Source: Selaginella moellendorffii (lineage: Eukaryota; Plantae; Lycopodiophyta). From it: DNA of 64,000 bases. Every line of letters begins with the position of its first letter. Positions within the stretch are counted from its first letter, which is position 1. The position numbers were made by a program, and so were the translations under genes. The notes under the pieces were generated by a model that was given only the letters and a program-made list of their open reading frames with translations, had not been told where the DNA came from and ran no database searches. Location: NCBI RefSeq assembly GCF_000143415.4, contig NW_003314309.1, forward strand, positions 551,459 through 615,458, written 5' to 3'. Below are positions 25,915-39,373 of the stretch, in pieces.

Positions 25915-27384
25915 ATGGCTCCCCATGGCGACGAAGACGAAGAGAAATCTCTCAGAGATCCTCTACTACTCCCGGATGAACAGGAGGAAAAGCTCGTCCA
26001 GGACGGGAGCTTGGATTTCTATGGATCTCCAGCGGTGGCTTCCAAAACAGGGGGGTCTCGCCTCTCCACTCCGCCGGCCTTGCTCGTTTTCATGCTCTGC
26101 TGCTCCCTCTCGCTCTATGGGGTCTCTTACAACTTGGTCCTTTTCATGGTCTCCAAGCTCGGCCTCTCCAATGCGGCGGCGGCGACCCAGGTTAGCATAT
26201 GGACAGGCGTTCACGACTTGTCCCCGCTGCTCGTTGCTTACGTCTCCGACTCTCACCTGGGAAGATTCAAGACAACTCTGGGTGGTTCTCTGATCTATTC
26301 CTTTGGATTGGCTTTGCTCTCGCTCTCGGTCCTGCTCGTCGAGAACAAAGTTCGTGTAACTTGGCTGTTTTTCGTGGCTCTCTACGTGATTGCTCTGGGG
26401 AAAGGATTTGTGGCGTCGCTACTGGCATTTGGAGCCGACCAATTTGATGGCAAAGATCCGGTCGAGGCCGCGAGGAAGAGCTCGTACTTCAACTGGTACT
26501 ACTTTAGCTCCTCCATGGGTCTTCTCCTGGCAGTGGTGGGTGTGGTGTATATCGAAGACCGGCTGGGTTTTAGCAGCGCTCTCTTCGTTTGCACGGGGGC
26601 GATTCTTTTCGGGATCATGGTTTTTTCGAGCGGCACCAAGTTCTACCGATATGCTTCCAACTTGACAGGAAACCCATTCGCGAGGCTGTGTGATCATTCC
26701 AACTTCGCGGGAATTTTCTTGGTGTGGCTCGGATCGGTGGTGTACGAGGCAATGCGAGCACAGACTTTCTCGCTCTTCGTTGAGCAGGCCGCGCTCATGA
26801 ACACAAAAGTTGGCGGCTTTCGCGTCCCCCCGGCATCGCTCAACTGTTTCGATCCCATCAGCGTTCTGGTGTGGACGGTCGTCTATGATCGCGTCTTGGT
26901 CCCGGTGATGCGTCGAGGGACGGGAAACTCGCGGGGTTTTACGTTCTTCCAGAGGATGGGAGCAGGGCTTGTGGTGATGACAGGGGCTATGGCGTGCGCG
27001 GCTGTGCTGGAAGCAAGACGTCTCGCGAATTTCCACGACGAACGAGATCAGATCAACGTTTTGTGGCAAATCCCCCAGTTCGCGCTTGTCGGCGGCTCCA
27101 AGGTTTTCTATTACGTGGGATTGATCGAGTTTCTCTATGACCAAGCTCCCGAGAACTTGAGAACTCTGAGCGCGGCCATGGCGTTCTTCTCAGCGTCGGT
27201 GGGGAGTTTTCTTTCCGGATTTCTCGTGAGCATCACGTCGAGCATCACTGGAGAGCGGGGATGGATCCCGCGAGATCTCAACGATGGGCATTTGGATTAC
27301 TTCTTTTGGCTGCTCGTTGCGCTGGGCGTCGCGAACTGGCTGTTTTTCTTGGCCTCGTCTCGCAGTTACAAGTTTAAAGAGTAG
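25915..27384 (+). CDS. NRT1/PTR family (NPF/POT) transporter, intronless, with a short central loop
   Basis: 489-aa ORF with the same NPF motifs as the copy at 18315-20612; close inverted paralog of it. Confidence 0.9.
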   Translation: MAPHGDEDEEKSLRDPLLLPDEQEEKLVQDGSLDFYGSPAVASKTGGSRLSTPPALLVFMLCCSLSLYGVSYNLVLFMVSKLGLSNAAAATQVSIWTGVHDLSPLLVAYVSDSHLGRFKTTLGGSLIYSFGLALLSLSVLLVENKVRVTWLFFVALYVIALGKGFVASLLAFGADQFDGKDPVEAARKSSYFNWYYFSSSMGLLLAVVGVVYIEDRLGFSSALFVCTGAILFGIMVFSSGTKFYRYASNLTGNPFARLCDHSNFAGIFLVWLGSVVYEAMRAQTFSLFVEQAALMNTKVGGFRVPPASLNCFDPISVLVWTVVYDRVLVPVMRRGTGNSRGFTFFQRMGAGLVVMTGAMACAAVLEARRLANFHDERDQINVLWQIPQFALVGGSKVFYYVGLIEFLYDQAPENLRTLSAAMAFFSASVGSFLSGFLVSITSSITGERGWIPRDLNDGHLDYFFWLLVALGVANWLFFLASSRSYKFKE

Positions 27385-28399
27385 GCATAACATGTTAAGA
27401 GTTTAAACGTTCTGTTCGGAAGGCAAATTTGTCTGCTGCCAACCAAGACTGATCCTCCTGTCTCTTAGTTCTGCTGCTCGAATAAGTTATTCCACAGTTG
27501 TATCCTTTCTCAGGGGCTTGGATCAGGAGCAGCAAATCCAGATCGAGCGCATTGCATTGCTTTAGTCCCAGATGGTCAGGGATCTGGACCAGAAACTCTT
27601 GCTTGAAGATGGTCAAAGCCAGGCATCGCCCAAATCTTTGCCGCTTCCAGAGCCTTCTTCCAGCGCAATCCAGGGCCTTCCCCATTTCTTTTCGTGCAAT
27701 CGGTGCATCACAATCTTTAGCCAGGTAGAGTTGCAAGAATGGATGGATTCAAAGATTTCTAAGCTCGTAGCAAATTTTCCTCCTATATCTTATCTGTGCA
27801 TCGTTGCATTGTTCCTCACACAGTAACTAGGGAACTATCAAAGCTGTGTTAAAATAGGCCAGGCAAATTCGTGACAAAACCTTGGCTATGGCAAGAATTG
27901 GATTAAAAATCTGATCTATCCTAGATCTTACAAGATTATCATAGCGACTGCGCTTAGTTGAGCTCAACACCTGGACAAACTATGGAGGAGATATCACCAA
28001 CAGGCGCTTCCAGGAGAAGGAGCACAAGATTAGCCCCCAAAACGCTCACACCCTCGCTCAAAAGTGGAGATTTGTCACCAGACCATTCGTCTCGGCGACT
28101 CCAGCCATCTACAAGGGTGTGATCTACGTTCCAACTTGGAGTGGGCTCCTCTCATCCCCTGGAATATTCCTCGCATCTGTTACGTGGTAGAGGGCATTTC
28201 TCGCAACCATGGGGAGATTAAATTGATTGAGAGCAATTGTTTTCATTACCACAAAGCTAAACATTATAGCAAAAACTATCTTCTTATGAAAGGGTTAAAG
28301 AATACTATAGTGAATGTGGTAGAATCTATTGTGAATATAATTTAGGTATTTATTATAGATATTCTAAAGAGAAGGTGTGTCAAATGACATTTCAACAAT

Positions 28400-30062
28400 G
28401 AAAACAATATTATGTCTTTGTTTTTGTAGTGAAGATTTTTATCTTGAGAAACCTCTTATGGTTAAAACAAATACTAATGATAGTGTTATTAGAATTGTAT
28501 TGTTTCAAGTTGGGTATCCTCTCACATACATGATCCATAAATTTGATACCACATAGTAGAATTACCCTATTTGAGATAAAGATTTATATGCCATGATTTT
28601 TGTTGTGAATGAATGGCATATTTGTATGAACCAGACTTCCATATGAATTCAAAATATTAATCTCTTCAGTATTTTAGGATTTTCACTGTTGCTTTGTTCA
28701 TTGGCAAGAGTTCTTGTAAGAGATGTGTATCAAGATCTAGTACAAATATAGAGATGACAATAAAGTGGCTAATGATTATCAAGAATTATGAATTATATCT
28801 CATTCATGAAGCTATTTAGTGATCTCTTAGATGAGATTAAGGATTTTATTGACTTTGACTCTTTTATCATTAATATGTATGTGAAATTTTTAGCCTTTAT
28901 AGATTTGAAGAGTGGTAAGTTTGTGTCATTCAAAATACAATATGAAATCAAGGTGAAGAAAGGATGTGTAGTGATTCCTTGTATTAACAAATTCATCAAA
29001 CAGATCTTGATTAAATGTCATAATGTGCCAAATGCTAAGCATTTAAGGTATTCATAATGTATATATTGGTGAAAAGTTATTTCTTTTAGCATGGGATGAA
29101 ATTAAATGTTAAAAATATATATGTGGTTATTTGACCTGCCAAGTGGGCAAAATTAACCATCAGTAGCTTACTAGCTTCTATCATCTTTTACATGTACTCA
29201 AGAACAAATAGGGTACCATCCTAATAGACTTTAACATTAATTTACCCAATTTTTTTATTAAATAATGTTATTTGGGTTGTTATAGATCGTTTAATAAAGA
29301 TGGTTCACTTCTTCCCAGTGAAAATAATAATTAAAGCTTTTAAATTTGCTCAAGTCTTTATAAATCAATTATTAAATTTTTAGAATTTTCCAAATGACAT
29401 TATGAGTGATTGGGATTTGAAATTCACATCTAAGTTTTAAAAAATAATTTTTAAGAACTAGAGAATAAATTGATTATAAATAGTGGTGAACGTCCACAAT
29501 CAAATAGGCAGATAAAACACATGAATTAACTATTGAAAGATATGTTACAGTATTTTGTGGGAAACTTAATTTACTAAATAGTATAAGAGAAGTATTTGCC
29601 TTTTCTTATAATAACACTTAATAATCAAATACCAACATGTCTCTATTCATGGTAATATACAATTATAAACCCAAATCTCCCATAAATTTGAGTTTGGCTT
29701 TAGTCCAAGTCATGGATTAATCCATCATCTAGATCATAGAGATTGATGTTGGTTCCAATCACTATTCTTGTTTAAAGGTTGGTGAAGACATTGCAAGATA
29801 ATTTAAAAGTTATTAGTTTATTAAGGATGATATGGAGAAAGTGATTCCAAGTGCTAGTCATGACTTGGATGACATTCTTAAGGAAGAGAAAAAAGTGGTA
29901 TTGCTATATGATTTGAATTGTTTTATTCTTTTATTTCTATAACTTTATTGTCATGTGAAAGAGCTATATTGCTTTTTTTCTTTTATCATGACATTGGCGT
30001 TGCCATTTGCACATCTTTCTAACTATATTGCCTTGGACTCTCTTCATGTGAGGGGAGAATGA
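28400..30062 (+). mobile_element. Decayed Ty3/Gypsy RNase H-integrase remnant ending in a PPT
   Basis: Broken RNase H (VKTNTNDSVIRIVLFQ) and integrase (CHNVPNAKH; VIDRLIKMVHFFP; MSDWDLKFTSKF; RPQSNRQ) motifs. Purine tract GAGGGGAGAATGA followed by TGT at ~30050-30065. Confidence 0.65.
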
Positions 30063-32383
30063 TGTATACCACAAAAATATTTAAAGATTATTTTATGGCT
30101 TGGGGGGTTTAAGGATTGAATGTCTTAAAGTTTGGAGGCTAGTCTAGGGTTTGCTCCCTATTTGTTTCAATGTTGTTATTATTTGTTGTCCAACTCTACT
30201 AGTTATTTAGTTTATTTTCAAATGTGAAATTGAAAAGGTTTATGATATTAGGATATGCTTCTTTTATAAGTTAGATTAAATTTTATTTAAAATTAAATTT
30301 AAAATAATTTACTAGTCAAAATATTTAGATGGTTATTTAAATTTTTCTTGTGATATAAATTATAAATTGTTATAGAAATGAGAGTTTTTATATTATTTCT
30401 TATAGCTAATACTAATAGGTATTTCATTAGAAAATTACAACTAGTTTTTGCTTAGTTTATCATCTAAATCTAAGAGTAATTTTGTCTTCTAAAATTTGGT
30501 TGATCATTAGTTTTAAATTAGATTATAGTTTTTGAAGACAAAAATAATTTATTTTATACTTTTACTTATTAAAGACTTCTTGGTTTATTTAATTCACCAA
30601 AAGTAGAAACATTTCTAGAGATTTTTATAACTTTAGTGGCATCATTCCACTTTTCTTTAAAAATTACTTTGAAACTATATTTAAAATAATCAACTCTAAA
30701 ATAAAATTAATCAAATATATTATAGACAATAAATAAAATATAGATAAATCAATTTATTATTTATTATTACTCAACTAAAAATATTTAAAGTTTCACTATT
30801 CATATATATTATTTAATTTTGAAACTTATCAACTCTAGTTATTATAAAACTAATATATTTATACTTTATAAGTACTAAAAATCCACCCAAGATAAATATT
30901 ATCTTTTATCTCAAGGAAATAATGTATTTCAAAAATTAAATATTAAATTAATTAATAATAGGAGAAATAAAACATGTGGTAAATTACCTACAATTTTATT
31001 TAATTATTTAATAAAATTTTAAATATTCAAATTTTAAAAATTTAATTTTATATGGTAAATTACCTACAATGAAACCATCTAAAGGTACTCCATAATTTTA
31101 GAATTAAACTTTTCAAGTTTAATTAATTTAAAGTAAATAAATCCATCCATTTTATTTTGAATCTAAATGAGCAATTAAAGAGCATATCCTTTGGTCAAAA
31201 ACATAGTCAAACAGGTGCTAATCTATACCCAATTGAAATCAAAATATTAAAATATTTAAAAGATGCTTTTAAAATCTTTTACATTTCTTTAGGTTTTTAA
31301 GTTTGTTACTATTTGCAGCCTATGGTTAGAGTTTCTTAGGATAACTTAATTGTGATGAAGGCTTTTAAGCGTCGTGTCTATGTTCATCCATTGAACGAAG
31401 ATAGATTGAAAAAGGTTTTGTTAGTTGCGAAGGCAAAAGCATTAAGGTCAAAACTAATGTAGGGGTGTATGCAACATAAGTCCAAGAAAATTTATTATTG
31501 GTGCATGCCATTTTTACCCCCTATGGCTGGATGGAGATTGTACAAATGTAAGGCCGCTACTTAAATATTTAATTATTTAATTAAGAAATTAATTATATTT
31601 AGTTTTATTTTAACTTTCAAAAATATTCTATGATTTAGAAATAATCAATAAATTGATTGCACAACTTTTAATGGGTTCCTAATATTTAAAGAAAATAGTT
31701 ATCATCACACTTTCTGTTTTGTATAGTTTTTCTCCTTAGTAAACTTTACATAGTTCCTTCAGATGTTTTGAGTTAAATTTATAAAATAAATCATGCCACA
31801 TATTTACAAGTAATGTTAGTTATTTTTAGTATAATTTAGTTTTCAAAAAAATTTATTATAAAAATTGCTACGATATAGATAATTTTATATTTGAGACTCT
31901 TATATCTTCAAGGTTTCTGCACTCTATGAAATTCTATAATCAAGTTAGGCAAATGAATTTTATTAATTTACAGCACAAATGTTCTACAATGGAAAAAATA
32001 TCTTATATATTTATCATTTTTTTATTTATTATCTTTTTATAATTTTTATTCATAGGATAAGAGAAGCTTATAGTTGACTTACAACATTCTCATTCTTAAA
32101 TTTTCCTATACATTTTTAACTATTTTAATACTTTAAATTAATATATAATATTACTTATGAGTATGAATGGATTATATATGAACTTGAGAAAAATTTATAT
32201 TGCATATTGATTTAACATATTAATGCAAAAGAGAAATTTTGAGCAATATAACTCCAAATGCCACATTTTATCATTTAAACATCTTTATTGATATAATTTA
32301 ATTAATTATACTATAATATGAAAATGACTATAATTTTAAATTCAAGATATTAACTTAATTTTAATTCATTCAAAAAATGAAGT

Positions 32384-32980
32384 TGTGAGGTCCAAGTATA
32401 CGACTATAATGCCGTATACTAATACTAGCATAGTGGGATTTTGGTAGGCATCAAATTAATTTCAATCCGGACCAATTGCTCTTGTATATAAACGAGGGTT
32501 TTTGGGTTAATTGATATGCATATTTCTTGTATTCTCTTTCTATATTTTATGCACTCACATTAATGAAGGTGAGAGGTAGTTTTGATTGTTTTTTAGGAGT
32601 GTTAGGATTAGGATTTTGGTTTAAATTTAGCTTTTGCATTGTCTTGATCTTCTTTTTCTTATTACTTTTTGGATTTTGGTTTAAATTTAACTTTTGTATA
32701 GTCTAGATCTCCCTTTATCTTATTATTTTTTTTAACTTCTTCTTTTTTGCTCTTTTCTTTTTGTTTATCTTCATGGTAGAGTAGTTCTTTTGACTCGAGC
32801 AATAATTGGTGCAATTATTTGATGTTGTGGTTGCAATTGAACAATCAAACTTAATTAATGCTAACATTCACGGTATGTGGTACAACTCTTTCTGCTCTTG
32901 TTGCTAATTCTTGCGTTTGGCTGGAGTTCTTCCAAAGGAATCCTAGGGATGATGTATACCATTGGTTCAATCTATAAGTG
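32384..32980 (+). repeat. Family-A LTR copy
   Basis: Starts TGTGAGGTCCAAGT; collinear with 39374-40040. Confidence 0.75.
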
Positions 32981-33854
32981 ACTAAATTTTCCATTCTATT
33001 TTAATCATTTAATTACACCTTTGACCACTTGAAGGAGTCTTTTTTACAACCTTTATAAATCCTACTCCGGACTTGGGGACTTGCTAGTTGTGAATGGCAC
33101 CTATGCCACTCAGCCTTTAAATTTGTTTTAAGTGTTCCATATGTCTAATCCCATGATTGACATCCAAAGGTACCATTGACATATCAGCCTGTTATGCTAA
33201 AACCATACCCATTCACTTTTGTCACCCTGGTAGTTTAAAACCATTTGCATCACAGACCCGTCTCTAAAAGATTAGGCCATTTATCCATGAGTGATTATCT
33301 CATGACTACACCTTAGCATCCATAGGATGCTTGAAGAAATAAGGAACATCCTTTTTTAATGTCCCTTCTTCAGTTCTCACCAAGCCCTATCCATGGCCAT
33401 GTTCACTAACACTGCCATTAGATGAAGGTCTAAAGGTCCAACCACTAAATCCCATTGACATTTGGGACTTCCTCACCATATAACCATATCCTTGGTCACT
33501 ACACAAAAAGATTAATCCTCTTCTTTTCTACAATTTGGGATTTTGGGATGACATGTTGAAACACAATAACCCTACGCGAACCTCATGGGTACTCTCCCCA
33601 CCTTCTACCTTTAGGTGCCCTAGCCATGTGGCTACAGTGAGGTTCCAATGAGCCACACCAAGTATTTAAGTAGGTAGTGCCACTCACACTTAAATTATGA
33701 GCATCAACCATTCGATCTTCCGAGGGAGCTAAAGTCAACTCTTGAACACTTCACTAAGCTACCGTGTTTGTATTCACTTTCCTTTCTTGGCCAAACTGGC
33801 TCCACCCTCTTACTATAATTTTGGAGTTCATCAAACCTCTCAGGGTTTAGGAGA

Positions 33855-34511
33855 CAATTGCTTTGGGCTTTCACCCTTGAACTTGGACTTAGACTTGGAC
33901 TCGAACTCGAACTCAGACTCGGACTCAGTTTTGGACTCGGTCTTGGATTGGGTCTGGGTTTAGGTCTGGGTCTAGGTCTGGGTCTAGATCTGGGTCTTGG
34001 TCTTGGTCTTGATCTCAGTCTTGATCTCGGTCTCGGTCTTGATCTTAGTTTCGATCTCGGTCTTGGTTTCTTTTTCAGCCTCGACCTTGGACTCTATCTC
34101 AAGTCCATCTCGGACTCAACTTTAGACTCCATCTCATATCCATCTTAAATTCCATCTTGAATCCATCTCAGACTCCATCTCAGATCCATCTTGGGTCTAT
34201 ATCGAACTCCATCTTAGCTCCATATTAGACTCCATCTTGGGTTCCTTTTCAAACTCCTTCTCGGGTCCTATCTTGGAGACACTTCTATATGTCATGACAC
34301 TTGCTATATGTCAGTCCTTTTTCTATCCCTTTTTAGAGACTTATTCACCAATTGCTTTATACTTATTCCTCGAGCATTTGTTTAGAGTGCCATTCCCACT
34401 CTCAACTTTCCAAGTCAAAGACTTTGGTCCAAACATATTATACTTGTTGGACTTCCGCTTTGACCACTACCATGTGGCACTACTTTGGGGCTTAGGGATT
34501 TGTGTCTCACA
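33855..34511 (-). repeat. Family-C LTR portion with hexamer (GGTCTT/GATCTC) and 12-mer (TCCATCTCAGAC) arrays; PPT-like tract adjacent
   Basis: Inverted homolog of 24717-25420. Ends TCTCACA (TGTGAGA on -), next to GGGTGGTAGAGT on -. Confidence 0.6.
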
Positions 34512-37500
34512 ACTCTACCACCCATAAACAAAATTCGATGTCCTCATCAAATGATAAACCATTTTATAAAGTAACACCATTATATATTACTCTTTTCATC
34601 CTTAGCATCAAGTCAATATTTGTCAATGGTTCAACACTGAAGGCTCACTATGCCTTACCCATCCTCCAAGGAGTATAGTTTCTCCAATTTAAAGATTCAT
34701 TAACCATTTATGGTGGTTCTTTCTTTTTATTTGGTTTAGTTCTCACTAAATTATTAGAGATACCTTCTCTATCTCAATCTAACTACTCATTTCTAAATAG
34801 TTTCAATTTTTATCAACATACCTATCACACTTTAGAACTTTTAATTTTGACTTCTCGAAGTCAATTTCTTGGGTGTCTCTAACACTTTGCATTGCACATG
34901 TTGTGGAAATTCCACTTTCCCATCCTAGGAAGTTCTTTACTTGAAGGAAATATTATCCTCTCTTATATTTCTAGGCACTAAATTCTAATTATCTATAATT
35001 TGTCCTAGGGCTGTTCATAGTCCTATCATTTAGCTTTTTTGCTGCTCCTTCCCTTAGGGCTTTCACCTTTACCAAATTGGAGCATTTGGGAATCCATCCT
35101 TGGGTATTTCTTTTCCCATAATCTGTTAGCATTCAACACATGAGCTTAATTAATTCTTAATTTTATCATTTAGCTTCCTTTTAATGATTTCCATATTATG
35201 ATGTGTAGTATGCTTCACAAAGTGATTCTAGATTACAAAAAAAAGATTCAGTATAACATATATATTGGCTACCCATATTATGTAGCTTTGTCATTCCAAA
35301 GACACTTGACTAACTTTTGTTCCAACTTACATAACAATAATGACTATGATGGTGACAATGGTGATATTAGTGATTTTGGTGGATCAAAGTTGGAGGAACT
35401 TGCATTGTTAGAGGCTAAAAACATTAGCGTTGCCCCTATGTAACCAACTCAAGTGGCTCCACCTCTATCCTCATCACTTCTACTTGCTATTGTTCTACAG
35501 CAGCAATAATTTTTACTTGCCTTTGCTCTATAGTAGTAGTGCCTAGTGGTTCCACTGCCACCTTTTCTAACTCCACCATCACTATTTTAAGTTTCATCTC
35601 CATCTTTGATACCATATTTTCTTCTGCAAATGTCTACCATAGTTGGGTTTGGAAGTTTACTGGGAAACTCAAAGTGTAGCCTCTTAACCATTTGTTTCCA
35701 AGTTTGCTATTGGCTCTTTGCTACAGCAGCAACAATTATGCCAGCCCACTCAAGTCCCCCTGTATAGTGCTATGTCATCACCATCACATAGTGCCAGCCA
35801 ATAACAAGAGGGCTAAAGCTTCCACTTGTGTCATTGATGACATTAGCATTTTAGAGGATAGCCTTGGTTTTGGCGAAAGCTTATTTAGCTAAAAAGTAGG
35901 AGGTACTTTCCCAACAGCATTAACAACAATAACAATAGTGATGTAGAAAGTCCCCACTTACTTTTTTACCACCACATCATATCCTTATAACCTTTTCAAG
36001 TGTAGATTGTCAAGGATGCTTTTAAGATGATGCTCTAAAGCTCTTTTAGAGAGTTTTTAAAAGAGTTCAACTCTTTTCTCTAGGGAAGAGAAGTTGTTAA
36101 GAAGCTTAAAACACTTAAATAGAAAGGTTTATTTTGGGTGGTAGAGTTATAACTTGGTGCCAAATGTAGCTTAAATTAAATTATACTTTATTTCCTAAAA
36201 GGATTTTTTAATTATAAATATTAAGTTACTCACCAAAAATCCTAGTTTATATACACCAAATTGAAACAATTATAGCTATACAATTGGACCTCACTATTGG
36301 AAGGATGAAAGGCAGTTAGAGTCCTCTGATTGATGGGTTAAGATTTGGAGGAAGATTAGGATGAGAAACTAATGGATTTATTAGGGGAACTTGTTATTAA
36401 TCCTTTTGTATGAAGTGTTTCAGTTGTTCTACATGTATATTTTCTGGAGGATTAGCATGTTGAATATTATGCCGAACTTTATAAACTTGTGGTTTAACTT
36501 GCTAAAAAACTTAATACTATCTCTTCCGCTACCACACATATTAAATTGGGAAAATGAACTAACATTAAATCATCCATTTTATACTCTATAAGTGGACAAT
36601 GATAGGGGTTGTAGCACCATTATTGTCCCATTTATATATAGCTCAAGTATTCAATAGACTCTACTCAAAAAAATGGAAGAATACTCTTCAAATGTTTATC
36701 CTATGACCTAGCATTAGTAGTTTATAGCAATTGCAAAGATAAACTCAACTTTATTGACAATATCAAATCTTGATCATATAAAAGTTTATATAGTGAAACA
36801 TCAACAAAACTCTATATCCTTGTAATATATGTATATGGAAGAAATGACAAATAACCATCCTAGTCTAAATGCTAAAAGTGCACGTACTTTATAATCATCC
36901 ATTTGGAAGTCTAGATAAACCATTATATCAAACTATCTATTTGTAGATGATAAACCCTTGAGAAAGTGTGGTGTATTCCTAGCTAAGACGTCAAGACGTG
37001 AAATGACTTAGCCATAAATATGGGATAAATATCCAAAAGAATCAACTCTGGACATGAATATTGAAACATCACTAGATTTAAGAAGAAGTATTTAACAGAA
37101 GTTGCAAATACACTACTAAAGCACCAACTTCCACCAAATGAATCAAGTAATTAGAAGAAATAATAACATATTTATTACCAATAGTCGACCATGAGAAGTT
37201 CCAAATGTATAGTAAGGATAGTGGATATATCAAGCATAGCCAACTAAACTAAGGCATAATTCTAGCATATGTAATTATGGGATGAGATTTAGATATATTG
37301 TCATTATGAAATTTTGAAACTTTAAGGGATACATGAGGATAATATAATCATTAAGGGCTCTCTTATCAAGCAATTGCCTTTTTTTCAATTGGTTTAAAGG
37401 GAAAGGGATAAAGTGTATTATATGTGGTATGATTCTTATTGATTAATGGCTACTAAAATATAATATACAATGAGTAAGGTATATTCCTACATCTAAATTT

Positions 37501-38099
37501 AAAATTATATATATTAGGTATCTATGAGTATATCTTTTGTCTTGTAAGCCATTTATGGATGAAGGTGTTCACTATGGAACTATGGTATGGGTGGATAATT
37601 AGTTGCCTTTAAAATTGAAATTATATGTATTAGGCATTTATGAGTACTTTAATAATGAAGTGATTACAATATGATCAACCTCTAATAATATCTGAGAACC
37701 ATGCAAGTACATATGAAGTTTTTCAAAACCCCAAACTATTGCTAAACACTCTTTTGTCATGGAGTAATTCGTCTCTGTTAATTTTGATATACAATTGATA
37801 TATACGATAGGATGATACTAACTAGACACACTCATGCTTTTTGTATTAACACACTTCAAAGACTAATATTTAAAGCATCTATGCACAAGATAGGATAATC
37901 CTAACTAAATATACTTGTGCTTTCTTGCATTAACACACCTCAAAAACTAATATTGGAGTATCCATGCACAAGATGAGTGTAGTTTGGATATGCTAAAATT
38001 AGAAGAGCTGGCAACTCCTTTTTAAGATTCACAAATGACTACTCGTAGTCCTTAGAAAAAATGATAAACAATGTGAACAACTTTAGCAATACTTGTAAT

Positions 38100-39121
38100 A
38101 GTGCCGTATAAATATAAATAGCAGTGATCTCTATTAGAATAGGATTGTCTTAAACACAAGTAGTAACAATGTTAACCTCCATCAAAACAGAATCATCTCT
38201 TACAAAAAGTGGAATTAAAACATATGCAATTATAAATGAGAGAGATAATATCTTATAGCATTGTGCATGTTGAAGAGCATCAACAAGGATGGATAGGGCA
38301 AGTGCATGCATAAATCCTTGATGAAATGCTAGCCACAATATATATAATTTGATCTACTTTGATATATTTGGCTTTGCACAAAGTAAAAGATTTTAGAAGT
38401 GAATACCAAATTACTTAATTGATTCATACAGCTTTTGATGAAAATAATGTAATTGCTAAAAAATATTGTCATTTTTTTTAGCATGTCCAAATATACACTT
38501 GATGATGTTTAAGAGATGGCTTCAATTTGCATGAGTGGTTGCACTCAAATAATTGTACTATTGCAACACCATCCCTTGGAGATATATAACGAACTTGTGT
38601 AAATGTTGGATATCATCCCAAGAGTAATAAGTAATAATTACTATAAATGATTAAACTAATGATACACATCATCCCTAGAATTCCTATAGAAGAAATTTGA
38701 TTAGACACAATGATTGGCAACAAAAGCAAAAGGAGTTGCACCACACAATATGAACACCACTATGAATTGAAATTGCATCAGTTGCTACTCTAGAGTCAAA
38801 TGAAGAGTATGTTATTTTGCCAAAAGATAAACAAAAATAAAATGAAAAAGCTATAGAAATAAAAAAGAAAAGACAACATAAAAGTTAGATCTAAACAAAA
38901 AGTATAAATTTAAACACTCTTTAGGGATAATTAAAGTTGCCTTCCACTAATCCACTAATGTGAGTATATGGAATACAAAAATATGCATATATGATTAATT
39001 TAAAAAACATATTTTAAATACAAAAGTAAGTGGTTTGGATTGAAATCAATTCAATGGCTATCAAAATACTATTATATTAATATTAATATATAACACTGAA
39101 ACCATACACTTGAATCTCACA
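38100..39121 (-). mobile_element. Family-A LTR plus gag remnant, head-to-head with the element at 39374
   Basis: Reverse complement of 39374-40520 (LTR start at 39121; gag-like sequence at 38150-38540). Confidence 0.7.
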
Positions 39122-39373
39122 ATAATAATTTTTGTTTGAATTAAATATAAATAAGGCTTGTATATTAAATAATATCAATATATAATTGAATTTTGCTTTA
39201 TTATTTTACACTTAATTTAAATCAATAGTAGTTTCAATTTCAAAAGCAATACTAGTATAAAGTAATTAGTGTGGAAGATATAATAGTTTTAAAAATAAAA
39301 TTATTTCCATTTTTAACTTTTATCTATGAACAATAGAATAAGTTAGAGCTAAGGAATTATAAAATTTATGAGC

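Noticed and set aside
27395-27830. Short ORFs downstream of the NPF gene
   Set aside because: No identifiable domain or consistent splice pattern.
33858-34148. LG-repeat ORF
   Set aside because: Translation of a hexamer microsatellite within an LTR.
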